DNA from: Corallococcus interemptor
GTDB lineage: Bacteria > Myxococcota > Myxococcia > Myxococcales > Myxococcaceae
Assembly (NCBI RefSeq): GCF_003668875.1
Contig: NZ_RAWM01000039.1
Span: 2,394 to 66,393 of the forward strand
Reading direction: 5' to 3'
Length of the DNA: 64,000 nt
The stretch's first letter is position 1. The number at the start of each line of letters is the position of its first letter. This document shows positions 46,950-57,430 of the stretch, piece after piece. The notes under the pieces are model-generated. The model worked only from the letters and a program-made list of their open reading frames with translations. It did not search any database and was not told the DNA's origin. The translations under genes and the position numbers were made by a program.

Positions 46950-49130
46950 ATGAAAACCAGAATCGCAGTGACGACCGCGGCGCTGCTGTTGCCGCTCGTG
47001 TCCACGGCCGCGGGCAAGGCGCCCGCGAAGCCCGTCGCCGCGGAGAAGCAGCCCGTGGAGACGACCTACCACGGCACCACCGTGGCGGACCCGTACCAGT
47101 GGATGGAGTCCGCGACGGATCCGAAGGTGCAGCAGTGGACCGACTCGCAGAACAGCTTCACGCGCGCGTACCTGGACAAGCTGCCCGGCCGCGAGCCGCT
47201 GCGCCAGCGCATCACGGAGATCCTCTCCTGGAAGTCGCCCGGCTACGGCGGCCTGGATGAGCAGGGCGGCACGCTGCTGGGGCTGAAGTTCCAGCCGCCC
47301 AAGCAGCAGCCCACGCTCATCGTCGTAGGCTCGCTGGACGACACGTCGAAGGAGCGCGTGCTGGTGGACCCCACGGTGGTGGACACCTCCGGCAAGACGA
47401 CCATCGACTGGTTCCAGCTGTCACACGACGGCAAGAAGGTCGCCGTCTCCATGTCCAAGAGCGGCACGGAGAGCGGTGACGTCACGGTGTGGGACGTGGC
47501 CTCCGCGAAGGCGATGCCCAACGAGCTCGTGCCCCGCGTCAACAGCGGCACGGCGGGCGGCAGCCTCGCGTGGAACGCGCAGGGCACGGGCTTCTTCTAC
47601 ACGCGCCATCCGCGTGGCGAGGAGCGCCCGCCCGAGGACCGCAACGTCTACCAGCAGGTGTACTTCCACGCGCTGGGCACGCCCACGGAGAAGGACACCT
47701 ACGCGCTGGGCAAGGACTTCCCGCGCATCGCGATGACGGAGCTGGAGTCCAGCGAGGACGGCCAGTACACGTTCGCGCGCGTGGCCAACGGCGACGGCGG
47801 CGAGTACGACCTGTTCCTGCACGGCCCCAAGGGCACCTGGACGCAGGTGGCGAAGTACGCGGACAAGGTGGTGGCGGCGCGCTTCGGCAGCGACGGCGCG
47901 GCGTACCTGCTCAGCCGCAAGGACGCGTCGCGCGGCAAGGTGCTGCGCCTGCCGCTGGCCACGCCCACGCTGGACAAGGCCACCGTCATCATCCCGGAGG
48001 GCAAGGCGACGCTGCAGGCCGTGGTGCCGACGAAGAGCCGCCTGTACCTGCTGGAGCAGCTGGGGGGCCCCTCGCAGCTGCGCATGGTGGACCTGACGGG
48101 CAAGGAGCTGGGGCTGGTGCCCACGCTGCCGGTGTCGTCGGTGGGCGGCCTGGTGCGCCAGGGCGCGGATGATTTGCTCATCGTCAACGGCAGCTTCACG
48201 CAGCCGGCCGCGTGGTTCCGCTACTCGGCGGCGGACAACAAGCTCGCGAAGACGGCGCTGGCGCGCACGGCGCCGGTCGACATGAGCGACGTGGAGGTGG
48301 TGCGCACCGAGGCCACGTCCAAGGACGGCACCAAGGTGCCGCTCACCATCCTGAAGAAGAAGGGCACGAAGCTCAACGGCACCAACCCCACGCTGCTGAC
48401 GGGCTACGGCGGCTTCAACGTCTCCATCACCCCGGGCTACAACCCGGTGGCCGGCATGTGGCTGGAGCAGGGCGGCGTGTACGCGGTGGCGAACCTGCGC
48501 GGCGGCTCGGAGTTCGGCGAGGAGTGGCACAAGGGCGGCTCGCTGACGAACAAGCAGAACGTGTTCGACGACTTCTACGCGTGCGCGAAGCTGCTGGTGG
48601 ACCAGAAGTACACGCAGCCGAAGAAGCTGGCCATCCAGGGCGGCAGCAACGGCGGCCTGCTGATGGGCGCGGCCGTGACGCAGCACCCGGAGCAGTACGG
48701 CGCCGTGGTGGCGCGCGTGGGCATCTACGACATGCTGCGCACGGAGCTGACGCCGAACGGTCAGTTCAACGTGACGGAGTACGGCTCCGTGAAGGACCCG
48801 GCGCAGTTCAAGGCGCTGTATGGCTATTCGCCGGTGCACCGCGTGAAGGACGGGACGAAGTACCCGTCCGTGCTCTTCACCTCCGGCGCCAATGACCCGC
48901 GCGTGGATCCGTACCACTCGCGCAAGATGGTGGCCCGGATGCAGGCGGCCACCGCGTCCCCCAAGCCCATCCTGCTGCGCGCCAACGCGGAGACGGGCCA
49001 CGGCATGGGCACGCCGCTGTCCGCGCGCATCGAGGAGGAGGTGGACGTCTACTCCTTCGTCTTCAACGAGCTGGGCATGACGTACAAGCCCAACGCGACG
49101 AAGAAGGTCTCCGCGCCCGCGCCGCAGTAG
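46950..49130 (+). CDS. Prolyl oligopeptidase (S9A family), secreted
   Basis: The N-terminal beta-propeller is followed by a catalytic domain with the GGSNGGLL serine motif and His near the C-terminus (ETGHGMG). Signal peptide present. Confidence 0.9.
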   Translation: MKTRIAVTTAALLLPLVSTAAGKAPAKPVAAEKQPVETTYHGTTVADPYQWMESATDPKVQQWTDSQNSFTRAYLDKLPGREPLRQRITEILSWKSPGYGGLDEQGGTLLGLKFQPPKQQPTLIVVGSLDDTSKERVLVDPTVVDTSGKTTIDWFQLSHDGKKVAVSMSKSGTESGDVTVWDVASAKAMPNELVPRVNSGTAGGSLAWNAQGTGFFYTRHPRGEERPPEDRNVYQQVYFHALGTPTEKDTYALGKDFPRIAMTELESSEDGQYTFARVANGDGGEYDLFLHGPKGTWTQVAKYADKVVAARFGSDGAAYLLSRKDASRGKVLRLPLATPTLDKATVIIPEGKATLQAVVPTKSRLYLLEQLGGPSQLRMVDLTGKELGLVPTLPVSSVGGLVRQGADDLLIVNGSFTQPAAWFRYSAADNKLAKTALARTAPVDMSDVEVVRTEATSKDGTKVPLTILKKKGTKLNGTNPTLLTGYGGFNVSITPGYNPVAGMWLEQGGVYAVANLRGGSEFGEEWHKGGSLTNKQNVFDDFYACAKLLVDQKYTQPKKLAIQGGSNGGLLMGAAVTQHPEQYGAVVARVGIYDMLRTELTPNGQFNVTEYGSVKDPAQFKALYGYSPVHRVKDGTKYPSVLFTSGANDPRVDPYHSRKMVARMQAATASPKPILLRANAETGHGMGTPLSARIEEEVDVYSFVFNELGMTYKPNATKKVSAPAPQ

Positions 49131-49217
49131 CCCTGCTTCTCCCACGCCCGTCTCCGGTGCCCCATGGCCTGGAGACGGGCGTTTCTTCTTCCGGGTTTCG
49201 TGGCAGCCTGCCGGCCC

Positions 49218-49652
49218 ATGAGCCCGCTCATCCCCTACTTCGTCCTTTCGCCCATTGTCGCGGGCGGCCTGGTCTGGTGGTCGCTCACCCGTCTGGGAAA
49301 GAAACGGAACGCGCGCGCGAAGGGTTCGCTGGACGCGGTGGTGACGCGGCTGAAGGGACAGAAGGCCACCGGCACCGTGGACCTCTTCGTCCAGGACGTG
49401 TCCTGGTCCGGCGAGACGGAGCTGTCCCCGCAGAACTGCCGCGTGCGCGTGGTGATGGGAGGCCGGGACGCCGCCGGCATCCCGCCGCGCTTCGAGGTGG
49501 AGGTCGCCCCGGGAGCCCCCCGCCCGTCCGCGGACGTGCTCGCGGCGCTGCGCGTGCTGGATGAGCAGGCCATGGAGGCCCTGAAGTCCGGCGGCTGGAA
49601 CTGGCAGCGGCCCACGGTGAGCTTCGAGCCGGCGTCCGGCGTCACGCCTTGA
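49218..49652 (+). CDS. Hypothetical membrane protein
   Basis: N-terminal TM segment (SPLIPYFVLSPIVAGGLVWWSL). Weak evidence otherwise. Confidence 0.35.
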   Translation: MSPLIPYFVLSPIVAGGLVWWSLTRLGKKRNARAKGSLDAVVTRLKGQKATGTVDLFVQDVSWSGETELSPQNCRVRVVMGGRDAAGIPPRFEVEVAPGAPRPSADVLAALRVLDEQAMEALKSGGWNWQRPTVSFEPASGVTP

Positions 49653-49769
49653 GCATCTGTTCGCTCCTCTCCTAGAGCCGCTGGGCGGACTTCGGGTCGG
49701 TGGCGTGCGAGGCAGGTGGTCGGTCGCGAACTGTGCCTCGCAGCCGCGCGAGTCCACCGGGAGATTAGG

Positions 49770-50417
49770 ATGGGGGGCATATTGAGAGACCCAAAGAAGG
49801 CCCCGCCGTCTCGCGGCGGTGTGGAGCGGCAGGTGCGCGCGGACGCGCGGCGCAATCTGGATGCGCTGCTGGAGGCAGCGAAGGAGGCCTTCGCGACCTC
49901 TGGAGTGGACGCACCCGCGCGGGAGATCGCGGACAAGGCGGGCGTGGGCGTCGGCACGCTCTACCGCCACTTTCCGCAGCGCGCGGATCTGATCGTCGCG
50001 GTCGTCCGCAATGAGGTGGATGCCTGCGCGGAGGCCGCATCCGCCATCGCGGCCGAGTTCGATCCCGGGGAGGCGCTCGCGCGCTGGGTGCAGCGCTATG
50101 TCGGCTTGCTTGGCACGAAGCGGGGGCTCGCCGCGGCGCTGCACTCGGGCGACCCCGCCTACAAGTCACTGCCGGATTACTTCCTCGAGCGGGTCCAGCC
50201 CGCGTTGCAGGCCCTGCTGGACGCCGCGGCCCTCTCGGGAGAGATCCGCGCGGACGTGGATGCGACGGAGCTCCTGTTCGCGATCGCCAGGCTCTGCGCC
50301 CCCGACCCACACGATGGAGGCCCTGAACCGGCGCGGCGCATGGCGGCACTGCTCGTGGATGGGCTGCGCTATGGCGCGCAGTCGAAGCCACCCTCGCCTT
50401 CCAAGAAGCGCCGTTAG
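49770..50417 (+). CDS. TetR-family transcriptional regulator
   Basis: TetR HTH (ARRNLDALLEAAKEAFATSGVDAPAREIADKAGVGVGTLYRHFPQRADL). Start at the ATG at 49770. Confidence 0.8.
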   Translation: MGGILRDPKKAPPSRGGVERQVRADARRNLDALLEAAKEAFATSGVDAPAREIADKAGVGVGTLYRHFPQRADLIVAVVRNEVDACAEAASAIAAEFDPGEALARWVQRYVGLLGTKRGLAAALHSGDPAYKSLPDYFLERVQPALQALLDAAALSGEIRADVDATELLFAIARLCAPDPHDGGPEPARRMAALLVDGLRYGAQSKPPSPSKKRR

Positions 50418-50515
50418 TCCTCCACGGTTCTTGCCTTCGCCTTGACAAGCGGAATCGCGTTCCGCATACATGGCCTTAAACCGGAACCATGTTCCGTATT
50501 CTCCCGGAGGAAGCC

Positions 50516-51499
50516 ATGACCGCTGCGAACCGCACGACGCAACTCGGCAGGACGGGCCCGCAGGTGTTTCCCATCGCGCTTGGTTGCATGAGCATGTCCG
50601 GAGCGTATGGACCGTCCGACGAGAGCGAGGGCATCGCGACCCTCCGTGAGGCGATCGATCGCGGCGTGACGCTGCTTGATACGGCCGACTTCTACGCCAA
50701 CGGGCACAACGAGCTGCTCATCCGCCGGGCGATTGAAGGTCAGCGAGACAAGGTGCGGCTCTCGGTGAAGTTCGGAGCCATGCGTGGGCCGGACGGAGTC
50801 CCCGTGGGCTTCGACGCGCGCCCGGCGGCGGTGAAGAACTTCATCACGTACAGCTTGCAGCGGCTCGGCGTTGACCACATCGACGTCTATCGCCCTGCCC
50901 GGCTGGACCCGAACGTCCCAATCGAAGACACGGTGGGGGCCATCGCCGACCTGGTGAAGGGCGGCTACGTGCGGAACATCGGTCTCTCCGAAGTGGGCGC
51001 CGAGACGATCCGCCGCGCGGCGAAGGTGCACCCGTTGAGCGACCTCCAGATTGAGTACTCGCTCATCTCGCGCGATCCGGAGAAGAGTCTCTTCCCCACG
51101 CTGACGGAGTTGGGGATGAGCGCGACCCTGTACGGAGTGCTCTCCCGAGGGCTGTTGACGGGCGCGAAGGTCGAAGGCGCCCGCCTGCACTACCCTCGCT
51201 TCAGTGGCGAGGCGGGTCAGCGCAACGCAGAGGCCGTCGCGCGCTTCCACGCGTTCGCCGCCGAGCGTGGCATGACGCCCGCGCAGCTCTCCGTGGCGTG
51301 GGTGCTGGCGAAGCAACCCGCTTTCGTTCCCGTGGTCGGCGCACGGACGCGCAAGCAGTTGCTCGACGTGCTGGGCGCGCTCGAGAAGCCCCTGTCCCCG
51401 GACGACGTGGCCGCTGTCGAGGCGATCCTCCCGAAGGAGGCGATCGCCGGCAGCCGGTACCCTGAACAACAGATGAAGATGCTCGACAGCGAGCGCTGA
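50516..51499 (+). CDS. Aldo/keto reductase
   Basis: AKR motifs (LGCMSMSG...LLDTADFYANGHNE; IGLSEV). Start at the ATG at 50516. Confidence 0.85.
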   Translation: MTAANRTTQLGRTGPQVFPIALGCMSMSGAYGPSDESEGIATLREAIDRGVTLLDTADFYANGHNELLIRRAIEGQRDKVRLSVKFGAMRGPDGVPVGFDARPAAVKNFITYSLQRLGVDHIDVYRPARLDPNVPIEDTVGAIADLVKGGYVRNIGLSEVGAETIRRAAKVHPLSDLQIEYSLISRDPEKSLFPTLTELGMSATLYGVLSRGLLTGAKVEGARLHYPRFSGEAGQRNAEAVARFHAFAAERGMTPAQLSVAWVLAKQPAFVPVVGARTRKQLLDVLGALEKPLSPDDVAAVEAILPKEAIAGSRYPEQQMKMLDSER

Positions 51500-51534
51500 G
51501 ACCCAGGCCCCTGCCGGTGCGCTAGAAGGGCCGC

Positions 51535-52620
51535 ATGTCCTCCACCTTCCTCGACACCCTCGACACGCCCGCGGCCATCGTGGACCTGGACCGCGTGGAG
51601 CGGAACCTCCAGCGCGTCGCGGCCTACGCGCGCGAGCACCACCTGCGCTGGCGCCCGCACACGAAGACGCACAAGACGGCGGAGCTGGGCGCGATGCAGG
51701 TCGCGGCGGGCGCCACCGGCGTCACGGTGGCCACGCTCCTGGAGGCCGAGGTCATGGCGGCCGTGTCGGACGACGTGCTGCTCGCGTACCCGCCGGTGGG
51801 TGCGCGCAAGCTGGCGCGGCTGATGGCCCTGCCCTCTCGCGTGCGGCTCACGGTGGCGCTGGACTCCCGCGAGGTGCTGGAGGGCCTTGCCCGCGCGGCG
51901 AGGGACGCGGGGCGCACCGTGGGCGTGCTCGTGGAGGTGGACCTGGGCATGCGCCGCGTGGGGCTGCGCACGCCGGATGAGGCCGTGGCCCTGGCGCGCG
52001 CGGCGGCCTCCACGCCGGGAGTCGCCTATCGCGGCCTGACCTTCTACGCGGGCCACGTCCGCGTTCCCCAGGCGGAGCTGCCCGCGGCAATGCAGGCCCA
52101 ATCCCAGGCGCTGGCGACGTTCATGGACGCCTTGAGCGGCGTGGGTCTGCCGCCGGAGGTGGTCAGCGGCGGCTCCACCCCGACGCTCTGGCAATCCCAT
52201 ACCGTGAAGGGACTCACGGAGATCCGCCCCGGCCTCAACGCGCTCAACGACCGCAACGCCGCCGTCATCGGCGCCTGTGATTGGACGGAGTGCGCCTACT
52301 CCGTGCTGGCCACGGTGGTAAGCACCGCCGTGCCCGGCCAGGTGGTCATCGACGCAGGGGCCAAGGCGCTGGTGAAGGAAGAAGGCCTGGCACCGGGCTA
52401 CGGCGTCCTGCTGGACCGGCCGGAGGTCGTGGTGAAGAACCTGTCGGAGGAGCACGGCCTGCTGGACGTGTCCGGCACGACGTGGCGCCCCCGCATTGGC
52501 GAACGGGTGCGCGTGGTCCCCAACCATGTCTGTGTTTCCGTCCCCCAGCATCCCCGGCTGCACGTCATCCGAGGCGACGCGGGCGTGGCGACGTGGGAGG
52601 TCTCGGCGCGCGGCTGGTGA
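51535..52620 (+). CDS. Fold-type-III PLP enzyme of the D-serine deaminase / D-threonine aldolase (alanine-racemase N-terminal domain) family
   Basis: PLP-lysine region (RPHTKTHKTAELGAMQ) and a C-terminal DSD1-like domain. 361 aa. Confidence 0.8.
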   Translation: MSSTFLDTLDTPAAIVDLDRVERNLQRVAAYAREHHLRWRPHTKTHKTAELGAMQVAAGATGVTVATLLEAEVMAAVSDDVLLAYPPVGARKLARLMALPSRVRLTVALDSREVLEGLARAARDAGRTVGVLVEVDLGMRRVGLRTPDEAVALARAAASTPGVAYRGLTFYAGHVRVPQAELPAAMQAQSQALATFMDALSGVGLPPEVVSGGSTPTLWQSHTVKGLTEIRPGLNALNDRNAAVIGACDWTECAYSVLATVVSTAVPGQVVIDAGAKALVKEEGLAPGYGVLLDRPEVVVKNLSEEHGLLDVSGTTWRPRIGERVRVVPNHVCVSVPQHPRLHVIRGDAGVATWEVSARGW

Positions 52621-52630
52621 GCCCTCCCTC

Positions 52631-53626
52631 TCAGCCGATGCGCTTGAGTTCCTGGGTCAGCAGCTCCTCCAGGTGCCGGATGTTCTTGTAGACGAGGCAC
52701 CGGTAGCTGGACACGTCGAAGCGCAATTCCTTCACGTCGCGCACCAGCATCAGGGTGGGCTTGCCGCGTCCCCAGGCATAGCCCACCTCCAGATAGACAT
52801 TGGGGTTCGCCAGCGACAGGTCCGCGATGACGACCTTCGCGGTGTCGATGCGGTCCCGGATGCGCTGGATGATGGGGCCGTCGAAGACGGCCTGGTCCAC
52901 GCGCTCGCACAGCAGCCCGGCCGCCTTCACCGGGTTCAGGATGCCGTAGTGGTAGGTGTCCTCCAGCTCCGGCGCGAAGGGCATCGCCACGAAGGCATGC
53001 GGCTTCTCGTGGGAGTTCGCCCCCGCGGAGGCCATGGGCAGCGCCTGGACGAAGCGGGACATCCGCCGGACGCGGAAGCCCGTGGCCCCCATCAGCGGCT
53101 CCACGCCCGGCGTGAGCCCCATCCCTAGCGCCAACGCCTTGCGCAGCCGCTCCACCCGCTTGGGGTTCAGCTCCACCACCGTGATGCGCTCCAGGCCGCG
53201 CGGTCCGCTGCCGCGCTGGAACGCGTCCACGAAGCCGCCCACCAGGGCCAGCACGGCCTCGTCCTCGTCCAGGCCGTAGTTGGGCCCGTGCACCGTGCAC
53301 GCCAGGTGACGCACGTCCTGCCGGGACTCCAGCAGTTGGAGCGCGCGCACGGAGAACTGGCGGATCTCGTGGTAGCCGAACTGCCGCAGCCGCACCGTGC
53401 CCAGGAAGAGCACCACCGGAGCGCCCAGGCACCGGCGCGTCTCGATGAAGCGGTGGTCCCCGGGGAGCAGGTCGAAGGTGTCCATGCCCACGCCCGCCCC
53501 CTCCAGCCGGCGCGCCACCGCGCCGTCCGCACCGTGGAAGCCCTGCGCGTACTTCAGCAGGACGGCGTCCGCGGCCGTCTCCCCCACGTCCCCCAGGTCC
53601 ACCACGACGTCCAGCGTGTCTCCCAT
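52631..53626 (-). CDS. Hypothetical two-domain protein; C-terminal nucleoside-2-deoxyribosyltransferase-like (SLOG/TIR-like) domain
   Basis: C-terminal motif AFVAMPFAPE...KVVIADLSLANPNVYLEVGYAWGRGKPTLMLV matches the hallmark of Nuc_deoxyrib_tr-like SLOG domains (early-strand F/P, then ADLS..NPNV..E.GYA.G.GKP). The N-terminal 200 aa are unassigned. Start set at the ATG at 53626. Confidence 0.55.
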   Translation of the reverse strand: MGDTLDVVVDLGDVGETAADAVLLKYAQGFHGADGAVARRLEGAGVGMDTFDLLPGDHRFIETRRCLGAPVVLFLGTVRLRQFGYHEIRQFSVRALQLLESRQDVRHLACTVHGPNYGLDEDEAVLALVGGFVDAFQRGSGPRGLERITVVELNPKRVERLRKALALGMGLTPGVEPLMGATGFRVRRMSRFVQALPMASAGANSHEKPHAFVAMPFAPELEDTYHYGILNPVKAAGLLCERVDQAVFDGPIIQRIRDRIDTAKVVIADLSLANPNVYLEVGYAWGRGKPTLMLVRDVKELRFDVSSYRCLVYKNIRHLEELLTQELKRIG

Positions 53627-53840
53627 GGGGCCGGGACTGTAGGGCGCCCCGGTCCGCCCACGCCATCCCCGCGGCCCGGCGCCCCGCGTCAGGAGGCCCC
53701 AAACACAGACGTGGAAAAGCCCCGTCAATCCCTGTTCAATGGCGCCCTTCGCCTGCCTGGCTGTCATTCAGGCCGCCACCGCCCTGCCTGTGAAGCGCTT
53801 CACAGTTTCCGCCTGGCCGGGCCGGTAGCATTTGCACACC

Positions 53841-54734
53841 ATGTCCCTGTTCGCGCGCCTGCAGGCCCTGCTGTCCGCCCACCCGTCCGCCCCGGAGGCT
53901 GCTCCCGGTCAGACGCCCGCGACCGCCATCGCCCCCACGGCGGCGGCCGCACCGGGGGAGGTGGTGGACACGGCCTCCGCGCCTCCGGTCTGCACGCGCT
54001 ACCTGCCCGCGGGACAGGTGGTGGTGCGGGAGGGAGACCCGGGGCACTCCATGTTCGTCGTGCTGGAGGGCCGCGTCGCGGTGCTGCGCGGCAGCGACAA
54101 CGGCGTCAACACGGAGGTCGGCCGCCTGGGCGCCGGCGAGTTCTTCGGGGAGCTGGCGCTGCTCACCGGCACGCAGCGCACCGCCACCATCGTGACGGTG
54201 GAGGACGCCGTGCTGCTGGAGCTCACCCAGGCGGGCGTCCGGGAGCTGGGCAAGGACTACGGCGTGAAGGGGGATCAGATGCAGGAGACCGCCCGGGAGC
54301 GCCTGCTCGCGGACGCCCTGCGCAGCAACCCGCTCATCGCCGCCCTCCCCTCGGATGTGCAGCACGACCTGGGAGATGCCTTCGTCCCCGTCACCGTCCC
54401 CGCCGGAGAGACGCTGCTCACCCGGGGCCAGCCGGGCGACGCGCTCTACGTCCTCATCCGGGGCCAGTGCGAGGTCTTCCACACGCACGGTGACGGCCGC
54501 CAGTCCGCCTATCCCAAGCTGGAGGAAGGCGCCCTCTTCGGAGAAATCTCCCTGCTGCGCAGCCGGCTGGCCACCGCCACCGTGCGCACCGTGACGCCCT
54601 GCACGCTCCTCAAGCTGGAGCGCGACGTGTTCAAGAAGGCCTTCCTGGGCCAGCCCGACCTGCGCGGCGCCCTGGTGCGCCTGGGCCTGGAGCGGCTCAA
54701 GCACACGATGGAAGTCATGGGCGAGCCGAAGTAG
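53841..54734 (+). CDS. Protein with two tandem cyclic-nucleotide-binding (CAP-effector) domains and no output domain
   Basis: Two cNMP-binding signatures (FGELALLTGTQRTATIVT ; FGEISLLRSRLATATVRT). Confidence 0.8.
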   Translation: MSLFARLQALLSAHPSAPEAAPGQTPATAIAPTAAAAPGEVVDTASAPPVCTRYLPAGQVVVREGDPGHSMFVVLEGRVAVLRGSDNGVNTEVGRLGAGEFFGELALLTGTQRTATIVTVEDAVLLELTQAGVRELGKDYGVKGDQMQETARERLLADALRSNPLIAALPSDVQHDLGDAFVPVTVPAGETLLTRGQPGDALYVLIRGQCEVFHTHGDGRQSAYPKLEEGALFGEISLLRSRLATATVRTVTPCTLLKLERDVFKKAFLGQPDLRGALVRLGLERLKHTMEVMGEPK

Positions 54735-54969
54735 TCCGCCGTCCCGCGCCCTCGAGGGCTACCGCAGGGCCTTCCGGGCACCGGTGGACCACAGGGCCCA
54801 GGCCCCGCGCCCCACGTCCTGCCAGGGCGTCGGGGTTTCTCGCAGCACCGCTCACCTCCCCTGTCCGTCGGAAGGTGCGGTGGGCCATGGGAGGGTGCAA
54901 GACAGGGGGCCGGCTGCCTTCAAGGTGAGCGAGGGGGCTGGACGCCCCGTCGCCGCGCGGCGTCCTCTC

Positions 54970-55569
54970 TCAACCGTGGAGCGTCTCTCCGGCCTCCAGC
55001 ATCGCGACGAACTTCTCCAGCCGCCGTGCCCGCGTCTCCGGCTTCTTCGCGTCGTGGAGCCGGAAGAGGATGGCGTAGCGGTTGGCGCTCTTGAGCGTGG
55101 CGAAGAACGCCTTCGCCTTCGGGCTCTTCTCCAGCGCGAGCTTCAGGTCCTCCGGAACCTCGATGGTCTTCGCCCCGGCGTAAGCGGACTCCCAGCGGCC
55201 ATCCGCGCGCGCCTCCTCCACCTCGCGCAGGCCCGCGGGCTTCATGCGCCCGGCCGCGACCAGGGCCTCCACTTTGCCGCAGTTGATCTTCGACCACTTG
55301 CTGCGGGGCTTGCGCGGCGTGAAGCGCTGGAGCCAGTACTCGGAATCGAAGGAGTCCTTCTGCCCGTCAATCCAGCCGTAGCAGAGCGCCACCTCCAGCG
55401 CCTGCGCGTACGTCACGGACGGGATGCCGGACTCCAGCTTCGCGAGCTTCATCCAGACGCCCGGCGAGTCGGCGTGGTGCTTCTCCAGCCACTTCTCCCA
55501 CGCCTTCTCGGACGCGAACGGCACGGTGGGGAGTTCCTGCGTCGTCTTCGCCTTCGCCTTCGCCGCCAT
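54970..55569 (-). CDS. YdeI/OmpD-associated (OmdA) family protein
   Basis: Sequence WEKWLEKHHADSPGVWMKLAKLESGIPSVTYAQALEVALCYGWIDGQKDSFDSEYWLQRFTPRKPRSKWSKIN is typical of the YdeI/DUF1801-like family. Start at the ATG at 55569. Confidence 0.65.
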   Translation of the reverse strand: MAAKAKAKTTQELPTVPFASEKAWEKWLEKHHADSPGVWMKLAKLESGIPSVTYAQALEVALCYGWIDGQKDSFDSEYWLQRFTPRKPRSKWSKINCGKVEALVAAGRMKPAGLREVEEARADGRWESAYAGAKTIEVPEDLKLALEKSPKAKAFFATLKSANRYAILFRLHDAKKPETRARRLEKFVAMLEAGETLHG

Positions 55570-55660
55570 CCGGGGCCACGCCTTTCCCTGACCCGAGCCT
55601 CGCGCCGGGTTCACGACACTCCCACTCTACCGGCGGAAGGCGGCCCGGGCGGAAGCGGTT

Positions 55661-56416
55661 ATGAAACACGCCATGGCTGATTCCACCTCCCGTCCGCCGA
55701 ACGCCGTCCCGCCCTCGCTCGCCCGCGTGGCCTTCCACGCCATGGCGGCCGGCCTCACCCCGCTCATCCCGGTGCCCTTCCTGGACGACTACGCCCTGCG
55801 CCAGGTGCGCGAGCAGTCCGTGAGGGATCAGCTCAAGGAGCGGGGCCTGAAGGCGCCGGACAAGGCCGTGGCGGTGCTCGCCGGCTCGTATGAGACGCGC
55901 AGCCTGGGCGGACAGCTGGTGTCCTATCTCAAGGCCGTGGCGCTCTTCCCCGTGCGCAAGGTGTTCCGCAAGGTCTTCTTCGTCCTCTGGGTGAAGGACT
56001 GCGTGGACCTGACGAGCGTGTGCCTGCACCACGGCTACCTGCTGCACCACGCGCTGGAGCGCGGCGACCTGGACGCGGCCTCGCTCCAGGGGGAGGCGCC
56101 CCGGAAGGTGCAGGCCGCCATCGTCGCCGCCTGCGCGGAGATGGACTCCCGCCCCATCAACCAGGCCCTGCGCCGCCTCTTCCGGAGCAGCCGCGTGCTG
56201 ATGGCGGAGGCCACGCGCGCCTTCCTGGATCCAAAGCGCGGCCCCCGCGTGCCCGACCCGAAGGCCGAGAACGCGGAGGTGAGGTCCCTCACCGACCGGC
56301 TGCTCCAGGAGCTGTGGGAGGAGCGCGGCTATTTCACCGCGCTGGAGGCGCACTACGACAAGCAACTGAAGACCGGCCTCGCCGCCACGGAGCCCCGGGC
56401 CGCGACGGGCACCTGA
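55661..56416 (+). CDS. Hypothetical protein
   Basis: 251 aa with protein-like composition. No recognised motif. Confidence 0.45.
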   Translation: MKHAMADSTSRPPNAVPPSLARVAFHAMAAGLTPLIPVPFLDDYALRQVREQSVRDQLKERGLKAPDKAVAVLAGSYETRSLGGQLVSYLKAVALFPVRKVFRKVFFVLWVKDCVDLTSVCLHHGYLLHHALERGDLDAASLQGEAPRKVQAAIVAACAEMDSRPINQALRRLFRSSRVLMAEATRAFLDPKRGPRVPDPKAENAEVRSLTDRLLQELWEERGYFTALEAHYDKQLKTGLAATEPRAATGT

Positions 56417-56422
56417 AAGCGC

Positions 56423-57430
56423 TCAGGGCACGGGCGCGGCGGCGGTCTCCAGCGGCGCGCGGATGCGAGCGGAGAAGTCCTCCCGCCCCTGCGCGGCCAG
56501 CGCGCGCGCGTTGATGTGATAGCGCTGGCGCACCTGCTCCAGCGGCGCGTCCGTGTCGATGATGCCCAGCTCATACGCGAGCGCGTCCGAGAACGCCGGC
56601 ATCAGCGTGCGGTGATCGTACGGAACATCCTTCGTGGCCACCTTCTCGAAGTGGTGCACCAGGTTGGTGGTGCAGTTGCTCGTCAGCGTGTCGTAGAACT
56701 CCGGCCGCGTGTGCAGCCCGTTCATGCGCTCCACCATGTCCATGAAGAACGCGGTGATGCGCTCCTTCGACGCGTTCACCGGATACACATACACGTCGTC
56801 GTGACGGAAGTTGGAGCGCAGCTGCACCAGGTCCCGCTCGTCCCCCACGACGTAGGTGATTTCAAAGCGGCGGAACAGGCCGCCCAGCGCGGAGAACGTC
56901 TCGCCCTGCTCGCGCCGCACCTCCACGGAGAACACCACGTGGCGGCCGTCCTGGAAGCCGAAGCTCACCATGGTGTGCGCGGCGCCATAGAAGCCGGAGA
57001 AGGGCTCCACGATGAACGACGCGTCCGTGAGCGCGGCCGTGTCGTAGGTGGCCGTGTACCAGGCCGGGTCCCAGTCCGTGGTGCTGCGGTAGCGGAAGTC
57101 ACGCACGTCGTGCAGCGTCACCTGCGTGCCGGACACCTCCGCCCACGGCGCTCGCGCCAGGTCCGGCGCCCAGTCGCGCGTGTTGGAGGGCCGCACCGTC
57201 TGGATCCACCCGTACACGCCCAGGCAGCCCAGCAGCATCACCGCCACACCCCAGCGCCGTGAGCGCCACCGCCAGGCCGCCACGGCCAGCGCCGCCAGGG
57301 CCCCCGCCAGGAGGCCGCGGGCCACGTGCGGCCCCTCCGGCCCCGTCCCCGTCAGGGCCAGGGCCAGCGAGGCCCAGGCGCCTCCCACGAGGAGCACGAG
57401 CCCCGACACGGCGTTCTTCCAGATGCGCAT
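56423..57430 (-). CDS. DUF4105 (Lnb-like) family membrane protein
   Basis: An N-terminal TM pair is followed by a DUF4105-like region ([27 protein letters not shown]...HTMVSFGF). Confidence 0.7.
   Translation of the reverse strand: MRIWKNAVSGLVLLVGGAWASLALALTGTGPEGPHVARGLLAGALAALAVAAWRWRSRRWGVAVMLLGCLGVYGWIQTVRPSNTRDWAPDLARAPWAEVSGTQVTLHDVRDFRYRSTTDWDPAWYTATYDTAALTDASFIVEPFSGFYGAAHTMVSFGFQDGRHVVFSVEVRREQGETFSALGGLFRRFEITYVVGDERDLVQLRSNFRHDDVYVYPVNASKERITAFFMDMVERMNGLHTRPEFYDTLTSNCTTNLVHHFEKVATKDVPYDHRTLMPAFSDALAYELGIIDTDAPLEQVRQRYHINARALAAQGREDFSARIRAPLETAAAPVP

Noticed and set aside
49164-49217. First 18 codons of ORF 49164-49652
   Set aside because: Start chosen at the ATG at 49218, where the TM segment begins. 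The whole gene remains low confidence.
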